A stretch of 64,000 nt of DNA from Candidatus Woesebacteria bacterium (GTDB taxonomy: Bacteria; Patescibacteriota; Microgenomatia; UBA8517). The translations under genes were made by a program, and so were the position numbers. The notes under the pieces are model-generated. The model searched no databases. It was not told where the DNA came from and saw nothing but the letters and a program-made list of their open reading frames with translations. This document shows positions 19,730-30,107 of this stretch, piece by piece. The stretch covers positions 10,447 to 74,446 of the forward strand of contig CP055307.1 of the NCBI GenBank assembly GCA_013374835.1. Direction: 5' to 3'. Position 1 is the stretch's first letter. Each line of letters begins with the position of its first letter.

Positions 19730-20347
19730 TTAGTATACTGAAAAGAGATCTTTGTTTTTATCGTAAACGTTTTGTTTTAAAATCTTTTTGGTAAGTAATT
19801 CCTCTACTGTTGAGTAAGGTCTTTGTTCAATGATTTTTTGGGCTGTAACAGGGCCTATTCCCCATAATGATTCCAGCTCTTTTTGGCTTGCAGTATTAAT
19901 GTTTATCGTTTTTTCCGACGCCTGAAATATGTCATCCGAAACACCCAGATACCCCCCTTGATTATTAGCACTCATGTCTATTGACTGCTCACTGCTTGAC
20001 GGAATATAAATTTTTTGTCCGTCTTTGAGAGGGCTTGCGCGATTAAGGTATTTTGAAATCCATTCGTTGTCGGCGTCTTTGGATAATCCACCTGCTTTGT
20101 TTAACGCATCCTCTACTCTTTCGCTACTTTCAAAGGAATATACTCCGGGATTTTTTACGCTTCCTGATACTTCGACAATTATTTGACTTTGCTGTGCTTG
20201 TTTGGTGCCATTGCCTTTTTCTATTATTTCAATGCTATCTTGAGCGAACGGATTGGAAGCATAAAGAATTATTCCTGAGGCTACAAATATTAAACCCGTA
20301 AGGAAAAAAGCAATCTGCCAACGAAATTTATAGATTAGCTCTTCCAT
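19730..20347 (-). CDS. comEA: competence protein ComEA (SLBB + helix-hairpin-helix DNA-binding)
   Basis: N-terminal TM segment. The C-terminal tandem HhH reads 'INTASQKELESLWGIGPVTAQKIIEQRPYSTVEELL'. Confidence 0.8.
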   Translation of the reverse strand: MEELIYKFRWQIAFFLTGLIFVASGIILYASNPFAQDSIEIIEKGNGTKQAQQSQIIVEVSGSVKNPGVYSFESSERVEDALNKAGGLSKDADNEWISKYLNRASPLKDGQKIYIPSSSEQSIDMSANNQGGYLGVSDDIFQASEKTININTASQKELESLWGIGPVTAQKIIEQRPYSTVEELLTKKILKQNVYDKNKDLFSVY

Positions 20348-20377
20348 CTATAATATTATTATAGTTATAATATCCTT

Positions 20378-20968
20378 ATGAAAAGAATTGTTTTTGTGGC
20401 CGGATTGATGATATCGCTATCTTTTTTTAAAATTTCGCTACCTGCCAAAGTCAAGGCTTCTGAGGGTATATTTGAGCTAAAAAACCAAACTGGAGAAGAT
20501 GCGAGGTGTTATGCATTATCCGTACTTATGGCGGACCTTTCTTATGAGATTCTTGCTTCGTGCAGAGATATCCTCTACCCCGGAGGAACCGAGGTTTTTA
20601 GCTATGTTGCTTGGATTAATCCAGTTGACGGAGGTAATCCCCAAAGGCTCGGTACGCTGGGGGTTGGAAAAGTAGAGTTCAAAACAAAAACGCCTTTTAC
20701 AAGCATTTTTGTTACCAAGGAGCTAAACAGCAACGCACGCCAACCCGGAGGAACTATTGTAATGCAAGGCGGACTTCAAAGAATTACTCTCCTTGAAAAC
20801 CCAAATCTAGCCAAAATCGAAGCTCCTGAGCTTGGCGAACCGGAAACATCCCCAAGCCCTACCCCCAAAGCAAGAAGTAGAATTAATATTTTCAGGATTG
20901 GAGGGGCAGCTGCTTTTGTAGGGATATTTTTAATAATTCTACTTGTGCTCTTTTTAACCAGAAGATAA
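20378..20968 (+). CDS. hypothetical secreted protein with C-terminal membrane anchor
   Basis: Signal peptide, PT-rich stretch 'PETSPSPTPK', and a C-terminal hydrophobic helix plus 'TRR'. Confidence 0.45.
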   Translation: MKRIVFVAGLMISLSFFKISLPAKVKASEGIFELKNQTGEDARCYALSVLMADLSYEILASCRDILYPGGTEVFSYVAWINPVDGGNPQRLGTLGVGKVEFKTKTPFTSIFVTKELNSNARQPGGTIVMQGGLQRITLLENPNLAKIEAPELGEPETSPSPTPKARSRINIFRIGGAAAFVGIFLIILLVLFLTRR

Positions 20969-20969
20969 T

Positions 20970-23597
20970 TTACTTCAGAACAAAATTTATAATTTTTTGA
21001 GGTACAAATATCGTTTTTACAACCTTTTTACCTTTTAACCATTGATTTATTTTAGGATCGGCAATTGCTTTTTTAGCTACAACATCTTGGTCCAAAGCTT
21101 CGTGGTGCGCAAACCTAAGAACCTTTCTAACTTTTCCGTTAACTTGGATTGCTATATTAACCGGCTGATTTTTGATTATTTTGGTATTAATTTTAGGCCA
21201 AGTAGACTTATGGATCGAGAAATCCTTTCCCAGAACCTCTACCCAGACTTCTTCCGCCAAATGTGGTGTAAAGGGAGCGAGTAGTTTACAAAGTACAATT
21301 AACGAATCTTGACTAATCCTTTTTTGTTCTTTTAGGAAATTTACCAATTCCATTATGGATGCTATTGCCGTATTGTATCTAAATTTTTTTATATCTTTGG
21401 TTACTTTTTTTATAGTTTGATTTACTTTGATTGACTCTTTTTTACTTGTTTTCAGTGAATATTTTGTGTTGAATAGTAGCCAGAGGCGCTCAAGAAACTT
21501 TCTCATTCCTTCAATTCCCGTATCGCGAAAATCCGGATAACCGTCCATAGGGCCTAAAAACATGGTGTAGAGCCTTAATGTATCTGCACCGTATTTTTGG
21601 ATGTAGTCATCCGGATTTACTACATTTCCACGGCTTTTGCTCATTTTAGCTCCGTCTTTAATCAAAAGGCCGTGAGCAAAAAAGCGTGGAAATGGCTCCT
21701 CAAAACTTATAATTCCAAGATCAAAAAGAGCCATTGAAATAAATCTTGCGTACATTAGATGCAACACAGCGTGCTCTGCTCCGCCGAAATACAGATCAAC
21801 AGGCAACCAATTTGAGAGAATTTCATCATTAAAAGGCTTAGCACTCTCTTTATTTGTCTGCTTAATTTGTGCTCGAAGATCTTGTCCATATTCTTTAGTG
21901 CCGACGTTTGGATAAGCCAAAAAATACCACGAACTATCTAAAAATGTATCAGAAACATCAGTTTCTCTTTTTGCGACAGATCCGCATACAGGACATCTTG
22001 TTTTATAAAATTCAGGATGGTCTGCAAGAGGGCCTTTGCCTGTACCTTGAGGCAGATAGTACTTGAGTTTGGGAAGAAGTACTGGAAGGTTTTCCTCCGG
22101 ATACCAACCTGCCGACTGCCAGTCATCGGAATTTCTAGAATTTTCAGGTAGACTATTTTTTGTAAACCAGCTTTTTCCCTGTCTAGCGCATTTTTCGCAA
22201 TAGATCATTGGAATAGGCGGACCCCAATAGCGTTGCCTTGAAATGAGCCAGTCGCGAAGGTGATATGTAGTTTTTCGCTTACCCCAACCTTGTTTTTCCA
22301 AATAGTCCAAAATTTTCTCTGTTGCTTTATGAGTATTCATTCCGTTTAAAAATTCGGAGTTTATTGCTATTCCTTCGCCTTCCTCTACCTTGTCTAAAGT
22401 TGTTATCTCAGAAGTATCCCCATTTGAACCAACAACTACTCTTTTTACGGGAATGTTAAACTCTTTTGCGAACTCAAAATCGCGTTTGTCATGCCCCGGA
22501 ACGCCGACAACAGCTCCCGTTCCAAAACCACCCAGTACAAAATCCGACACCCAAATGGGCATTTTATAATTATTTAGCCGATTAATGGCATAAAGTCCTG
22601 TAAAGACGCCTGTTTTTACTCTACCTTCTTTTTTCCTTTGTTGCTCGGTTTTGTTTAAGGCATTATTGACATACTTTGTTACTTTTTGAATATTTTTAGG
22701 AGGAATTAAATTTACTAGATTCTTGCGGGCGTATTCAGGTGAAACAACAATAAAAGTCGCTCCAAAATTTGTGTCAGGGCGGGTTGTAAAGCAATCTATG
22801 GATGCATTTTTACCATCAACTGGATAAGTAATTATGATCCCCTCTTTTTTGCCTATCCACTCTTTTTGAGTTTTAACTACTCTTTCGGACCAATTAATGT
22901 TATCAAGATTTTTAAGTAGTCTTTCAGCGTAATGCGTAATCTTTAAGAACCATTGTTTAAGAATCTTTCGCTCAACTACAGTTCCACATCTTTCGCAGAC
23001 CATCACATCCTCGTCGGAGCCAACTGGCTTCCCGTCTGCACGAATCGGGTCTTTACCTGCCTGAGCCGGAGTCATAACCTGTTCATCCGCAAGTACTGTC
23101 TTACAAGACGGGCACCAATTTACCTCTGCTTCCTTTCTGTATGCCAAGCCCGCTTTAAAAAGCTTTACAAATAGCCACTGAGTCCATTTGTAATAGTCCG
23201 GATCTGATGTTGTTAGCGAATGAGTCCAGTCATAGCCATGCCCCATGCTTTTAAGCTGGTTTGTATAAGTCTTTAAAGTTCGCAAAAGCATTTTCTGGGG
23301 TGTTTCATTTACTTTTATTGCGTAATTTTCAGAGTGAATTCCAAATGAATCGTAGCCTATGGGCTGAAATACTTCTTTCTCGTTCATTCGCATAAATCGA
23401 CCAAATATATCGCTTCCGGTCGAGGAAAAGGCATGCCCTGCGTGTAAACCTTCAGCCGAAGGGTAAGGGAACATAAAAAGGTTATAAAAGGTCTGCTTGC
23501 CGCGAGCTTTCATATCGGTATTATAAATACCCTTTCTCTCCCATATTTTTTGCCACTTTTTTTCTACGACACTGTGGTTATAATTGTATTTTGACAT
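20970..23597 (-). CDS. leuS: leucine--tRNA ligase
   Basis: 'FPYPSAEGLHAGHAFS' (HxGH) and 'KMSKSRGN' are present, with a CP1 editing-domain insert. The length is 875 aa. Confidence 0.9.
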   Translation of the reverse strand: MSKYNYNHSVVEKKWQKIWERKGIYNTDMKARGKQTFYNLFMFPYPSAEGLHAGHAFSSTGSDIFGRFMRMNEKEVFQPIGYDSFGIHSENYAIKVNETPQKMLLRTLKTYTNQLKSMGHGYDWTHSLTTSDPDYYKWTQWLFVKLFKAGLAYRKEAEVNWCPSCKTVLADEQVMTPAQAGKDPIRADGKPVGSDEDVMVCERCGTVVERKILKQWFLKITHYAERLLKNLDNINWSERVVKTQKEWIGKKEGIIITYPVDGKNASIDCFTTRPDTNFGATFIVVSPEYARKNLVNLIPPKNIQKVTKYVNNALNKTEQQRKKEGRVKTGVFTGLYAINRLNNYKMPIWVSDFVLGGFGTGAVVGVPGHDKRDFEFAKEFNIPVKRVVVGSNGDTSEITTLDKVEEGEGIAINSEFLNGMNTHKATEKILDYLEKQGWGKRKTTYHLRDWLISRQRYWGPPIPMIYCEKCARQGKSWFTKNSLPENSRNSDDWQSAGWYPEENLPVLLPKLKYYLPQGTGKGPLADHPEFYKTRCPVCGSVAKRETDVSDTFLDSSWYFLAYPNVGTKEYGQDLRAQIKQTNKESAKPFNDEILSNWLPVDLYFGGAEHAVLHLMYARFISMALFDLGIISFEEPFPRFFAHGLLIKDGAKMSKSRGNVVNPDDYIQKYGADTLRLYTMFLGPMDGYPDFRDTGIEGMRKFLERLWLLFNTKYSLKTSKKESIKVNQTIKKVTKDIKKFRYNTAIASIMELVNFLKEQKRISQDSLIVLCKLLAPFTPHLAEEVWVEVLGKDFSIHKSTWPKINTKIIKNQPVNIAIQVNGKVRKVLRFAHHEALDQDVVAKKAIADPKINQWLKGKKVVKTIFVPQKIINFVLK

Positions 23598-24091
23598 TTA
23601 GTGGCATTATTTTAATTGACTTGAGGTCTAAAAAGCAAGGAAACAAAATAAATTCCTTAATATAGCCATAAACTTCATAAAAAAAAGCTTAGCAGTTATT
23701 ACCCTCCAGTGCTAAAATATGAATTTGTTATCTAAGTTAAAAGAATTAATTTCCATGCATTTATTTTATGATTTATCTAATCTGTGAAAATAATTAAAAT
23801 TATGCGTGAAATATAAACGTATCATAAAATATTTCTCTTATCTGTAATAAGCATTTTAATAAATATAATTATATTAACAATTTCCCTGTAGTATTTTTGC
23901 ATAATTGAGCTCGTGTAAAATGCGGAAATGTAATAAAAATATTTTTAGAGGATAAATTTAGTATTTATAATTGATTAAATTTTAAGATAAATCTTCTTTG
24001 CGGAAATTTTGTTATTAGGATATGTGAAATATTATTGTATATTGATACTTGTTTATAGCGTTTTATTTATTTCCTTTTTCTTTTCTAAGTA

Positions 24092-24121
24092 TTGACAATT
24101 GTAGTTAACAAGTTATAGATT
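24092..24121 (+). promoter_or_regulatory. candidate sigma70-like promoter (TTGACA-18-TAGATT) in the 575-nt AT-rich divergent intergenic region
   Basis: TTGACA at 24092-97 and TAGATT at 24116-21 lie about 50 nt upstream of the ATG at 24174. Confidence 0.25.
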
Positions 24122-24173
24122 AAAAGTATAATTTGATATAATTTATGTAAATTAGCCTCATTTTTTATATACC

Positions 24174-25361
24174 ATGAAAAATATTAAAAATATAGAAAAA
24201 AATTTTCTAAATTACCTTAATGAAATGAATCTTTCGAGATCTACAATTAAGAATTACAAATCTGATATTTACTACTTTATAAAATGGTTTAATTACAAAT
24301 ACCCTAGAGTTTCTTTGTCGAAATTTAGTTTATCTGCGATTGACGAATATATTAATTTTCTTCGCTCTTCAAAAACTTCTTATGTAACTATTAATAGAAG
24401 GCTTACTACTCTTAGACATTTTACTAACTTTTTGGTTGAGAGAGGTTTTATTGATCGCAATTTTATGAAGCAATACAGAAATGTGGATAAACGATCTGAA
24501 AGTGATGTACGTAGACTTTTGGGTTTTTTCGAAGAAGATCTCCTTTATAAAGGAGTCAGTAGGAAAAGTGCAAAAAATTATAAATCGGATATAAAGTCTT
24601 ATATTCGCTGGCTATACAAACTCGGTATGGGACAGGAGGATATAAATACTAAAACCTCAAACGCATATCATAAAGAGCTTTTAAAAATCAGGGCCGAAAG
24701 AAGCGTTAAGAGAAGTAGAACCTCTGTCAATAGATTTATAAGGTGGTTTAACAAGGACGAAGACGGTTTTGTACTCAACGGTGTAAAAAGAGAAAAAGAA
24801 ATTACAGATTTGCCAAAAAAGCCTACCGTCCCCATAATACTATTTATAACAGCAATTATTCTTCTAATTACACAAATCGTAATCAGCACTGATCCTGCTG
24901 CTCCCCCAGCTACTGTATCGGCGCTTGACAGTTATTCTTTGGATACCGTTGAGAGTGAGACATCTGAAAAAGAGCTTTATTCAAACTTAAAAGACAAAAA
25001 AATATCTATAATCCTTGATGATAAGACCCTTCCGCATTCCGTTACTGCCAATGCGCATTTTAATGAGGAGAATATGCTCGTTCTTGAGCTTGTGGATGAA
25101 GAGTCACCGGACAGCGTGCTTAATATGAGCGAAAGCGGTAATTATATTGCCGGTGTGTCTTTTATACCAGCGGGTAAAACTGAATACTTTATATATAATC
25201 CAGAAGTAAAAGAGAATTCGTTTATTTATATTACGCCAAAAACCTCTAGTGAAAACCAAATAATTTATGTCAAAAACCAGGGTGAGGGTTTTTTTGTAGC
25301 AGCTATAGATAAGCCTCTTAACAGACAGCTTGATTTTAACTGGGTATTGATTAATATATAA
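24174..25361 (+). CDS. membrane-anchored protein with two tandem phage-integrase-N-terminal SAM-like (core-binding) domains and no catalytic domain
   Basis: '…LSRSTIKNYKSDIYYFIKWF…' and '…VSRKSAKNYKSDIKSYIRWL…' are two copies of the Phage_int_SAM-type helix bundle. A TM helix (PIILFITAIILLITQIV) follows, then a C-terminal beta-rich domain. No R..H..R..Y tyrosine-recombinase catalytic residues are present. Confidence 0.5.
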   Translation: MKNIKNIEKNFLNYLNEMNLSRSTIKNYKSDIYYFIKWFNYKYPRVSLSKFSLSAIDEYINFLRSSKTSYVTINRRLTTLRHFTNFLVERGFIDRNFMKQYRNVDKRSESDVRRLLGFFEEDLLYKGVSRKSAKNYKSDIKSYIRWLYKLGMGQEDINTKTSNAYHKELLKIRAERSVKRSRTSVNRFIRWFNKDEDGFVLNGVKREKEITDLPKKPTVPIILFITAIILLITQIVISTDPAAPPATVSALDSYSLDTVESETSEKELYSNLKDKKISIILDDKTLPHSVTANAHFNEENMLVLELVDEESPDSVLNMSESGNYIAGVSFIPAGKTEYFIYNPEVKENSFIYITPKTSSENQIIYVKNQGEGFFVAAIDKPLNRQLDFNWVLINI

Positions 25362-25465
25362 AGTATTATTTCTATATCATTCTATATAAATTAATATATA
25401 GAATAATAATTTGAGATAATCAGGTCTTGACAAAACAAATATATTAAGAGAATAATTATCAAAAC

Positions 25466-27487
25466 ATGAACGCTAACTTGGAAAAAATCGAATCCTTTGT
25501 AACATATTTGATTGTAGCTTTGGTTCCCGTAGTGATATTGGCAGTATTCCCCAATGCCTTTACTACACCAAAATTGATTGTGCTTTCTTTTGGTGTTTTT
25601 ATATTAATTCTATTTAAAGTAGCCAAAGTTTTTTTAAAAGGTAATATAGAATTTAGCGTAGGAAGTTTTGATATTCCAATACTACTTTTGATAATTGCGT
25701 ATCTTGCAAGCGCTATTGTTAATACTCCTAATAAGCCGGAGGCGTTCTTTTTGCCGGGTACTGCAACAATATTTATAGCAGGAGCTTTTTTGTATTTCTT
25801 GCTTAATCAAGCCTCTTCATCCACCAGAAAAAATACTATGATTGCCCTTTATATTTCGGGGATTATTGTAGCAGTTTTTTCTCTATTTTCTACCGCTGGC
25901 ATATTTAGCAGAATGGAGTCTTTGCCTGCATTTATGAAAGAGACTGGCTTTACTCCCGTAGGAGGAAGCCTTCCATCATTTATCATGTTTGTTACTCTTA
26001 TCCCAGTTGGTATTAACTACATGCTCAAAGAAAAGGATATTTCACAGAAAGCTTTTTGGGGTGTAAGCTTAGCGCTTCTTTTATTTGGCACAGTGACTTC
26101 ACTTATTAATATAGTTCCGGGAAAATCAAGCTCTCCCCAACTTCCAAGCTTCAAAACTTCTTGGGTAGTTACTGTTGATACACTGAAAAACAGTCCCCTC
26201 CTTGGTATTGGTGCAGGAAATTATTTGACTGCATTTAATAGATTTAGACCCATTGAATACAATCAAACCGATTTATGGAGGCTTAGATTTACCTCTGCGA
26301 GAAACTTTTACTTTACAGTTATTACCGAAACAGGATTGCTGGGATTTGCGGCTTTGGCAATGATTGCTTACAGCACTTATAAGACAATCAAAAGTGAAGA
26401 CAAAGAGAAAAAGCTTGTCGGCTGGAGCACCAAAGATACATCTATAATACTACCGCTTGTAATTTTAGCTGCTCTTATGCTTCTATTTCCATCTAACATT
26501 GTATTTGTAATGATGATTTTTGTTTTTTTAGCATTGAATTCGGAACTACATCCTATTAAGCTCGGAGCATTTTCTGTAGCACAAAGTGAAGGTAGTCGAA
26601 CAAACAATCTGGGGATGAAGCTACCTATTATTATAATTACCTTACCAATTATAATCGGATTTATTGTATTTAGCTATTATGCTTCCAGAGCTATTGCGGC
26701 AGAGCACTCTTATAAAAAATCACTTGACGCTATTGCCAGAAACGACGGAAAAAATGCTTATGATTTGTTAAGAAATGCAATTAATACCAATCCATATGTT
26801 GACAGGTATCATACAACTTATGCTCAAATAAACCTTGCGCTAGCAAACACAATAGCCTCAAAAGAAGATTTTTCCGATCAAGACAGAGAAACCGTTGCCC
26901 AGTTAATACAGCAGGCAATAAGAGAGGGCAAATCTACCGTGACTCTAAACCCACAAAGAGCTGCAAACTGGGAAGTTCTTGCAAGAATTTATCAGGCAAT
27001 AATACCTTTGGCTAATAATGCGAATGCATTTGCTGCTGAGACTTACAGACAAGCTGTAGCTCTTGATCCAATAAATCCCGAACTTAGGATAGCTCTTGGA
27101 GGAATTTACTATGCAGCAGGAGACTATAATAACGCCATCAGAATCTTTGAATTGGCTACTGTTACTAAACCCGATTTCGCAAATGCTTATTATAATCTTG
27201 CTTATGCTTTGTATGGAAATGAGCAGTATGACCAGGCGATACAGCAGATGTCTGTGGTATTGTCTTTAGTTGAATCCAATAGCCAAGATTATGAAACAGC
27301 CAGACAGGCTTTGGAGAACTTCCAAGAGAAAAAAGAGACCAAAGCTCCCAGTACGGATAACTTAACCCCACCTAAAGAGCAAGAAAAATCTATTATAGAG
27401 CCTCCCATTGAACTCCCCAAAGAGGCTGAACCTCCAGAACAATCTGCTTCACCAAGTCCGACAGTTTCCCCTACTCCACTACCTTAA
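25466..27487 (+). CDS. O-antigen-ligase/Wzy-like polytopic membrane protein fused to C-terminal TPR repeats
   Basis: About 12 TM helices precede a C-terminal TPR-like 'A..Y…A…P…A' periodicity and a PT-rich tail. Confidence 0.55.
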   Translation: MNANLEKIESFVTYLIVALVPVVILAVFPNAFTTPKLIVLSFGVFILILFKVAKVFLKGNIEFSVGSFDIPILLLIIAYLASAIVNTPNKPEAFFLPGTATIFIAGAFLYFLLNQASSSTRKNTMIALYISGIIVAVFSLFSTAGIFSRMESLPAFMKETGFTPVGGSLPSFIMFVTLIPVGINYMLKEKDISQKAFWGVSLALLLFGTVTSLINIVPGKSSSPQLPSFKTSWVVTVDTLKNSPLLGIGAGNYLTAFNRFRPIEYNQTDLWRLRFTSARNFYFTVITETGLLGFAALAMIAYSTYKTIKSEDKEKKLVGWSTKDTSIILPLVILAALMLLFPSNIVFVMMIFVFLALNSELHPIKLGAFSVAQSEGSRTNNLGMKLPIIIITLPIIIGFIVFSYYASRAIAAEHSYKKSLDAIARNDGKNAYDLLRNAINTNPYVDRYHTTYAQINLALANTIASKEDFSDQDRETVAQLIQQAIREGKSTVTLNPQRAANWEVLARIYQAIIPLANNANAFAAETYRQAVALDPINPELRIALGGIYYAAGDYNNAIRIFELATVTKPDFANAYYNLAYALYGNEQYDQAIQQMSVVLSLVESNSQDYETARQALENFQEKKETKAPSTDNLTPPKEQEKSIIEPPIELPKEAEPPEQSASPSPTVSPTPLP

Positions 27488-27506
27488 TTACTAATGACTA
27501 ATAATG

Positions 27507-27577
27507 TGGACCTAGCCAGAATCGAACTGGCAATTTACCCATGCGAAGGGTACGGTATACCATTTACCTATAGGCCC
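27507..27577 (-). tRNA. tRNA-Ala (anticodon CGC)
   Basis: Manual fold of the minus-strand sequence GGGCCTA-TA-GGTA…TACC-G-TACCC-TTCGCAT-GGGTA-AATT-GCCAG-TTCGATT-CTGGC-TAGGTCC-A. A G3·U70 Ala identity pair is present. It is 71 nt, and CCA is not encoded. Confidence 0.75.
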
Positions 27578-27597
27578 GCTTGATAAATTATAGATTG

Positions 27598-28704
27598 TTA
27601 AAGAATGGTCAAGGGATCGAGGAATGTACCTCCACGACGAATTTCAAAGTGAAGATGAGTCCCTGTTGAACGACCTGTTGAGCCCATCTTACCTATCGCA
27701 TCCCCTCTTCTTACTGTTTGGCCTACTAAAACATAGATTAATGACATGTGGGCATAAAGCGTTTGATAGCCGTTTCCATGATCTATCATTACTCTATTTC
27801 CATAGCCATATCCATCCGGCCATCCTGCTACTATTACAGTTCCCGAATCAGCAGCCAGAATATTTGGAGCTGCGCTGTTAGCAATATCTATACCCTTGTG
27901 GTACCAAGCAAAACGCTGCGTGATTGTACCACTTACTGGCCATACGAACTGTCCTGAGGCTACGACCGTACCTGCATCCGGTGTAACCTGCCTGACTCTT
28001 GCTACTGGTGACCAAGGTATGGCTTCGGGCATTATACCATCCGGAACAATTATTGTTTGACCTATTGCAAGCTCAAATGTTTCATCGTTTATAAACGCGT
28101 TGTATGGATAATCAACGATTGCCTGAGGAGAAGTGTCGTATTTTTTAGCTATTGAATAAACAGTATCACCCTTTTGAACTTTATGGGATACGCCGGTGAT
28201 TGGTAAAATTTCGAGTGTTTGGCCGACTTTTATCTGGTCTTTTGATTTAAGCTTATTCTGCCAACGGACAGTATCAACAGATACTCCGAATTTTTCCGCT
28301 ATTGTACTTACTGTATCCCCTTCTTCTACGGTATATTCAATAACTTTATCCCTCATTTTCTCGGAAATCATTGTAGAAGTTCCGGAAGAATTGTCTATTG
28401 TAGCCGAAAGCACTGTTCCGGGTGACGGGGTATCCCAGGGATCCACCTTGCTTTGAGGAAATTCCTGCGCAACTATCGGAGCAATCATTATACCGAAAGC
28501 CGTAATGCCTGCCATACCAGAATGCATAAGCCGTCTTGCCATTTTACCTCTCTGCCTATATAAAGAGGTGACAAAAACACTTTTATAAATTTCTATCTTG
28601 CGAGCGTGAATTCTTGTAAGCTTTAGTAGATAAGAAAACAGCTCGCGTAAAAAGATTAAAAAATCAGTCAAAAGGGACTTAAAATTTAAAAACAGCTTGT
28701 TCAT
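27598..28704 (-). CDS. LysM-domain M23 family peptidase (peptidoglycan endopeptidase)
   Basis: Two LysM motifs ('YTVEEGDTVSTIAEKFGVS', 'HKVQKGDTVYSIAKKYDTS') are present. The C-terminal M23 signature reads 'GSTGRSTGTHLHFEIRRGG'. Confidence 0.8.
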   Translation of the reverse strand: MNKLFLNFKSLLTDFLIFLRELFSYLLKLTRIHARKIEIYKSVFVTSLYRQRGKMARRLMHSGMAGITAFGIMIAPIVAQEFPQSKVDPWDTPSPGTVLSATIDNSSGTSTMISEKMRDKVIEYTVEEGDTVSTIAEKFGVSVDTVRWQNKLKSKDQIKVGQTLEILPITGVSHKVQKGDTVYSIAKKYDTSPQAIVDYPYNAFINDETFELAIGQTIIVPDGIMPEAIPWSPVARVRQVTPDAGTVVASGQFVWPVSGTITQRFAWYHKGIDIANSAAPNILAADSGTVIVAGWPDGYGYGNRVMIDHGNGYQTLYAHMSLIYVLVGQTVRRGDAIGKMGSTGRSTGTHLHFEIRRGGTFLDPLTIL

Positions 28705-28751
28705 TGCTGTGGGAATACATTACCACAAGATGGCTTACGAAATCAATTATT

Positions 28752-29978
28752 TTAAGCTGGGGTTTTTAGGGAATTTAAGAATTCGTCGTTGTCTTCGGTT
28801 TTTTTGAGTCGCTCCAGAAGCATTTCGGTTCGCTCATCATCCGGCATCATTTCAAGCATACGCCTTAGGGTCTGTACCTTTTTGAGTTTATCTTCTCCGT
28901 AAAGAAGCTCTTCGTGCCTTGTGCCAGATCTTGATACATCTATTGCGGGAAAAATCCTTTTTTCAGCAAGTTTTCTTACCAGGTGAAGCTCCATATTTCC
29001 TGTGCCCTTGAATTCCTCATAGATTAAATCATCCATTCTAGATCCTGTATCAACAAGGCAAGTTCCTATAATTGTGAGAGAGCCTCCATCTTCAATCTTT
29101 CTTGCTGCGCCAAAGAATCTTTTGGCGGGGAAAAGAGCCTGGGGATCAAAGCCTCCTGTAAGGGTTCTACCCGATGTCGGAAGAGCAAGGTTATAAGCCC
29201 GTGCTAAGCGCGTGATTGAATCAAGCAGCATTACCACGTTGTTTCCCTCTTCTACTAATCTTTTTGCTCGGTCAAGGGCAAGTTCGGCAACTCGGGTCTG
29301 ATTTTCCGGCGGTTCGTCAAAATTACTTGCTGCAACATCCCCTTCTCCATCTGTAACCGAACTTACGTGACGCTTGATATCTGTTACCTCTTCGGGGCGT
29401 TCACCTATAAGAACTGCAATTATATGTGCTTTAATTTCCTTCCCCTTTGAGTTTTCAGGGTAATTTTTGGCAAGACCCCCAATTATATCTTTAAGAAGCC
29501 ATGTTTTACCTGCTTTTGGAGCTGAAACTATCAAACCTCTCTGGCCAAAGCCTATTGGCGCTATCAAATCTATCACTCTTGTTGTTAAGGGCTCTTTACC
29601 CGTAGAAAGTTTGATTTGAGAATCTGGATAAATTGCTACCAAATTTTCGAAATCGGAGCGTTTTTGCAATTCCACCGCTTCTTTTCCATTTACTTTTTCT
29701 ACTTTAAGAAGACCCCAGTAGCGCTCGTTTTCTTTTGGCCTTCTGGCAAGGCCTGTGATCATATCTCCATTTCTAAGATTAAATCTTCTTATCTGCGAGG
29801 CCGAGATATAGATATCGTTATCCGATGCAGAAAATTGAGGTCTTAATAGGCCTGAACCTTCATTTGCAACGTCTAATACTCCCTTAACTTCTTCTGTCGG
29901 CAAGCCCGAATCAGGAAGAACTCGATCATCAACAATCAGTTTCTTTTGGGAATCTTCTGTTTTTGAATCTGAAACCAT
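28752..29978 (-). CDS. rho: transcription termination factor Rho
   Basis: Rho N-terminal/OB fold, Walker A '[15 protein letters not shown]', and the RecA-like core '[14 protein letters not shown]'. Confidence 0.9.
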   Translation of the reverse strand: MVSDSKTEDSQKKLIVDDRVLPDSGLPTEEVKGVLDVANEGSGLLRPQFSASDNDIYISASQIRRFNLRNGDMITGLARRPKENERYWGLLKVEKVNGKEAVELQKRSDFENLVAIYPDSQIKLSTGKEPLTTRVIDLIAPIGFGQRGLIVSAPKAGKTWLLKDIIGGLAKNYPENSKGKEIKAHIIAVLIGERPEEVTDIKRHVSSVTDGEGDVAASNFDEPPENQTRVAELALDRAKRLVEEGNNVVMLLDSITRLARAYNLALPTSGRTLTGGFDPQALFPAKRFFGAARKIEDGGSLTIIGTCLVDTGSRMDDLIYEEFKGTGNMELHLVRKLAEKRIFPAIDVSRSGTRHEELLYGEDKLKKVQTLRRMLEMMPDDERTEMLLERLKKTEDNDEFLNSLKTPA

Positions 29979-30107
29979 GAAATTAATTCTCTATATTTAA
30001 GAGGCAGGTAATTCATTCATTGTGTGGAAAACCTTCTTTTTGAGAAGTTATTAAATTATATTTTTATCCTTACAACTTGTCAATATCAAAGTTCTTTGAA
30101 TTCTTTA

